Below, in pieces: positions 62,806 to 64,000 of a stretch of DNA of 64,000 bases; position 1 is the first letter of the stretch, and the number at the start of each line of letters is the position of its first letter. A program made the position numbers and the translations under genes. The notes beneath the pieces were generated by a model. That model worked only from the letters and a program-made list of their open reading frames with translations. It was not told the DNA's origin and made no database searches. Source of the DNA: an uncultured bacterium (GTDB taxonomy: Bacteria > Oederibacteriota > JAAXVQ01 > JAUVAV01); assembly GCA_963710755.1 (NCBI GenBank), contig CAVQBK010000003.1, positions 821,211-885,210 of the forward strand. The letters are read 5' to 3'.

Positions 62806-63981
62806 ATGAAAATCTTAATGCTTAATCATAATGTTATTTGGCGGTCTACATTTTTTCGCTGCTATCATTTTGCCCGCTATTTGGTGAAAAAAGGCCATGA
62901 AGTGACCATTTATACCATCCATCCTAAAAATCGGAAAAGTATTGAAGAAATCAATCTCCAAGGGGTACGGGTAGTGCAATTTCCCGATTTATTTTGGGGC
63001 ATGGCCAGGTCAGGATGGGATTTTTGGGATACATGGGTGCGGCTACGCTATTTAAAAAATGAAAAATACGACCTGGTCCATGCTTTTGACTCCAGACCTG
63101 TGGTGATTCACCCTGCCCTGGACTTGAAAAAAAGAGGCATCCCTCTGGTCATGGACTGGGCAGATTGGTGGGGACGGGGCGGGGTGATTGAAGAACGGTC
63201 CAATAAATTAATTAAACATCTTTTTGGTCCCATTGAAACCTGGTACGAGGAACACTTTCGCACCCAGGCTATGGCTACCACCGTCATTTCCACAGCCTTG
63301 CGCGAGCGCGCCATTAAACTGGGTGTGCCTGAAAAAAGTATTGTCAAAATTACAGGCGGGGCGGACGTGGAAAATTTCCAACCTCGTGATAAAAATGATT
63401 GCCGGAAAAAATTAGGTATCTCGCAAGAGGCCAAGGTAGTAGGCTTCATGGGCTTTGTTCACTATGATTTGGATCTGGCCTTGAAGGCCTTTGCGGAAAT
63501 TTATCGAAAAGATCAAACCGCCAAATTAATCTTGGTGGGTAAGCCTTCACCAATGACCAAGGTTATTGCCCAGCAGGAAGGCTGTGAGAAAGGCATCTTG
63601 GAATACGGGATCCTTCCCTATGAAGAAATATCTGACTATATGGGCGCAGCCGATGTGTTTTTGCTGCCCTTTGCGAATAAACAGGCCAATATAGGCCGCT
63701 GGCCCAACAAGGTGGGTGATTATATGGCCATGGCAAGGCCGATTGTGTCCAGCCCGATAGGGGAAATGGTGCATTTGTTTAAGTCGGAAGATATCGGCCT
63801 CTTGGCAGACCCAACACCAAAAGACTTCGCAGACGCTGCGATGAACTTAATGGCAGACAGAAACTTGAGCCAGCGGTTGGGGGAGCAAGCCAGAAAAGCC
63901 GCCGAGGAGCGGTATTCGTGGGAGCATTTGACCGAAGTGTTGGAAGTTTCCTATTCCAATAACATGGAAAATTTCACTTGA
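62806..63981 (+). CDS. Family-4 glycosyltransferase (paralog of 52573-53757)
   Basis: Co-linear similarity to the CDS at 52573-53757 ('DWADWWGRGG', 'RWPNKVGDYMAMARPIV'). The ORF may start at 62779. Confidence 0.7.
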   Translation: MKILMLNHNVIWRSTFFRCYHFARYLVKKGHEVTIYTIHPKNRKSIEEINLQGVRVVQFPDLFWGMARSGWDFWDTWVRLRYLKNEKYDLVHAFDSRPVVIHPALDLKKRGIPLVMDWADWWGRGGVIEERSNKLIKHLFGPIETWYEEHFRTQAMATTVISTALRERAIKLGVPEKSIVKITGGADVENFQPRDKNDCRKKLGISQEAKVVGFMGFVHYDLDLALKAFAEIYRKDQTAKLILVGKPSPMTKVIAQQEGCEKGILEYGILPYEEISDYMGAADVFLLPFANKQANIGRWPNKVGDYMAMARPIVSSPIGEMVHLFKSEDIGLLADPTPKDFADAAMNLMADRNLSQRLGEQARKAAEERYSWEHLTEVLEVSYSNNMENFT

Positions 63982-64000
63982 AACGACAATGGTCCCATAA

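Overview
This 64 kb window is a gene-dense chromosomal segment with every credible gene on the + strand. The unusual signals are listed in the findings; the main ones are an FtsA-like ATPase with a β-grasp repeat tail coupled to an orphan cheA-cheC, tandem nucleotidyltransferase-fold proteins in the glycan locus, a toxin-antitoxin insertion with a duplicated gene tail, an Fcl-Wzz in-frame fusion, and a GT2 paralog inside the arg operon. The gene content and order (dprA-topA-xerC-hslV-hslU) resemble a Firmicute, and the secretin PilQ, an LptD-like protein, a C-terminal-Phe β-barrel outer-membrane protein and an LPS/O-antigen-type cluster indicate a diderm cell envelope (Negativicutes-like). That taxonomic reading is inference from synteny and motifs, not a database result.

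The first ~41 kb carry, in order:
- a TolB-like lipoprotein and rsmE
- aroE, then a type IV pilus block (pilT, a prepilin gene, pilM-pilN-pilO-pilP-pilQ)
- aroC and aroK (ATGA-coupled)
- a Pta/Ptb-family acyltransferase, a Trp-rich membrane protein, a PEBP (YbhB-like) protein and an RlmI-like methyltransferase
- an orphan cheA-cheC pair coupled to a 711-aa FtsA/actin-like ATPase with a C-terminal array of β-grasp-like repeats
- dprA, an outer-membrane β-barrel, topA, a conserved hypothetical in the position trmFO holds in Bacillus, xerC, hslV-hslU
- an arginine block argB-argD-argF-[family-2 glycosyltransferase]-argG-argH
- an orphan MalK/MsmX-type ABC ATPase and an LptD-like protein

The last ~23 kb are a cell-surface polysaccharide (O-antigen/LPS-type) locus:
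- sugar-nucleotide genes ugd, a short rmlA, rmlB, gmd, an rmlD-like gene, an Rmd-like reductase and fcl
- a flippase-like membrane protein and a RelE/ParE toxin-antitoxin pair
- Wzy, Wzx and a Wzz-like domain
- three GT4, one GT2, one GT9 and one membrane GT-C-type glycosyltransferase
- two tandem nucleotidyltransferase-fold proteins

The ~50.3-62.8 kb part is markedly AT-rich, consistent with horizontal acquisition. No rRNA, tRNA, CRISPR array or transposase was seen.
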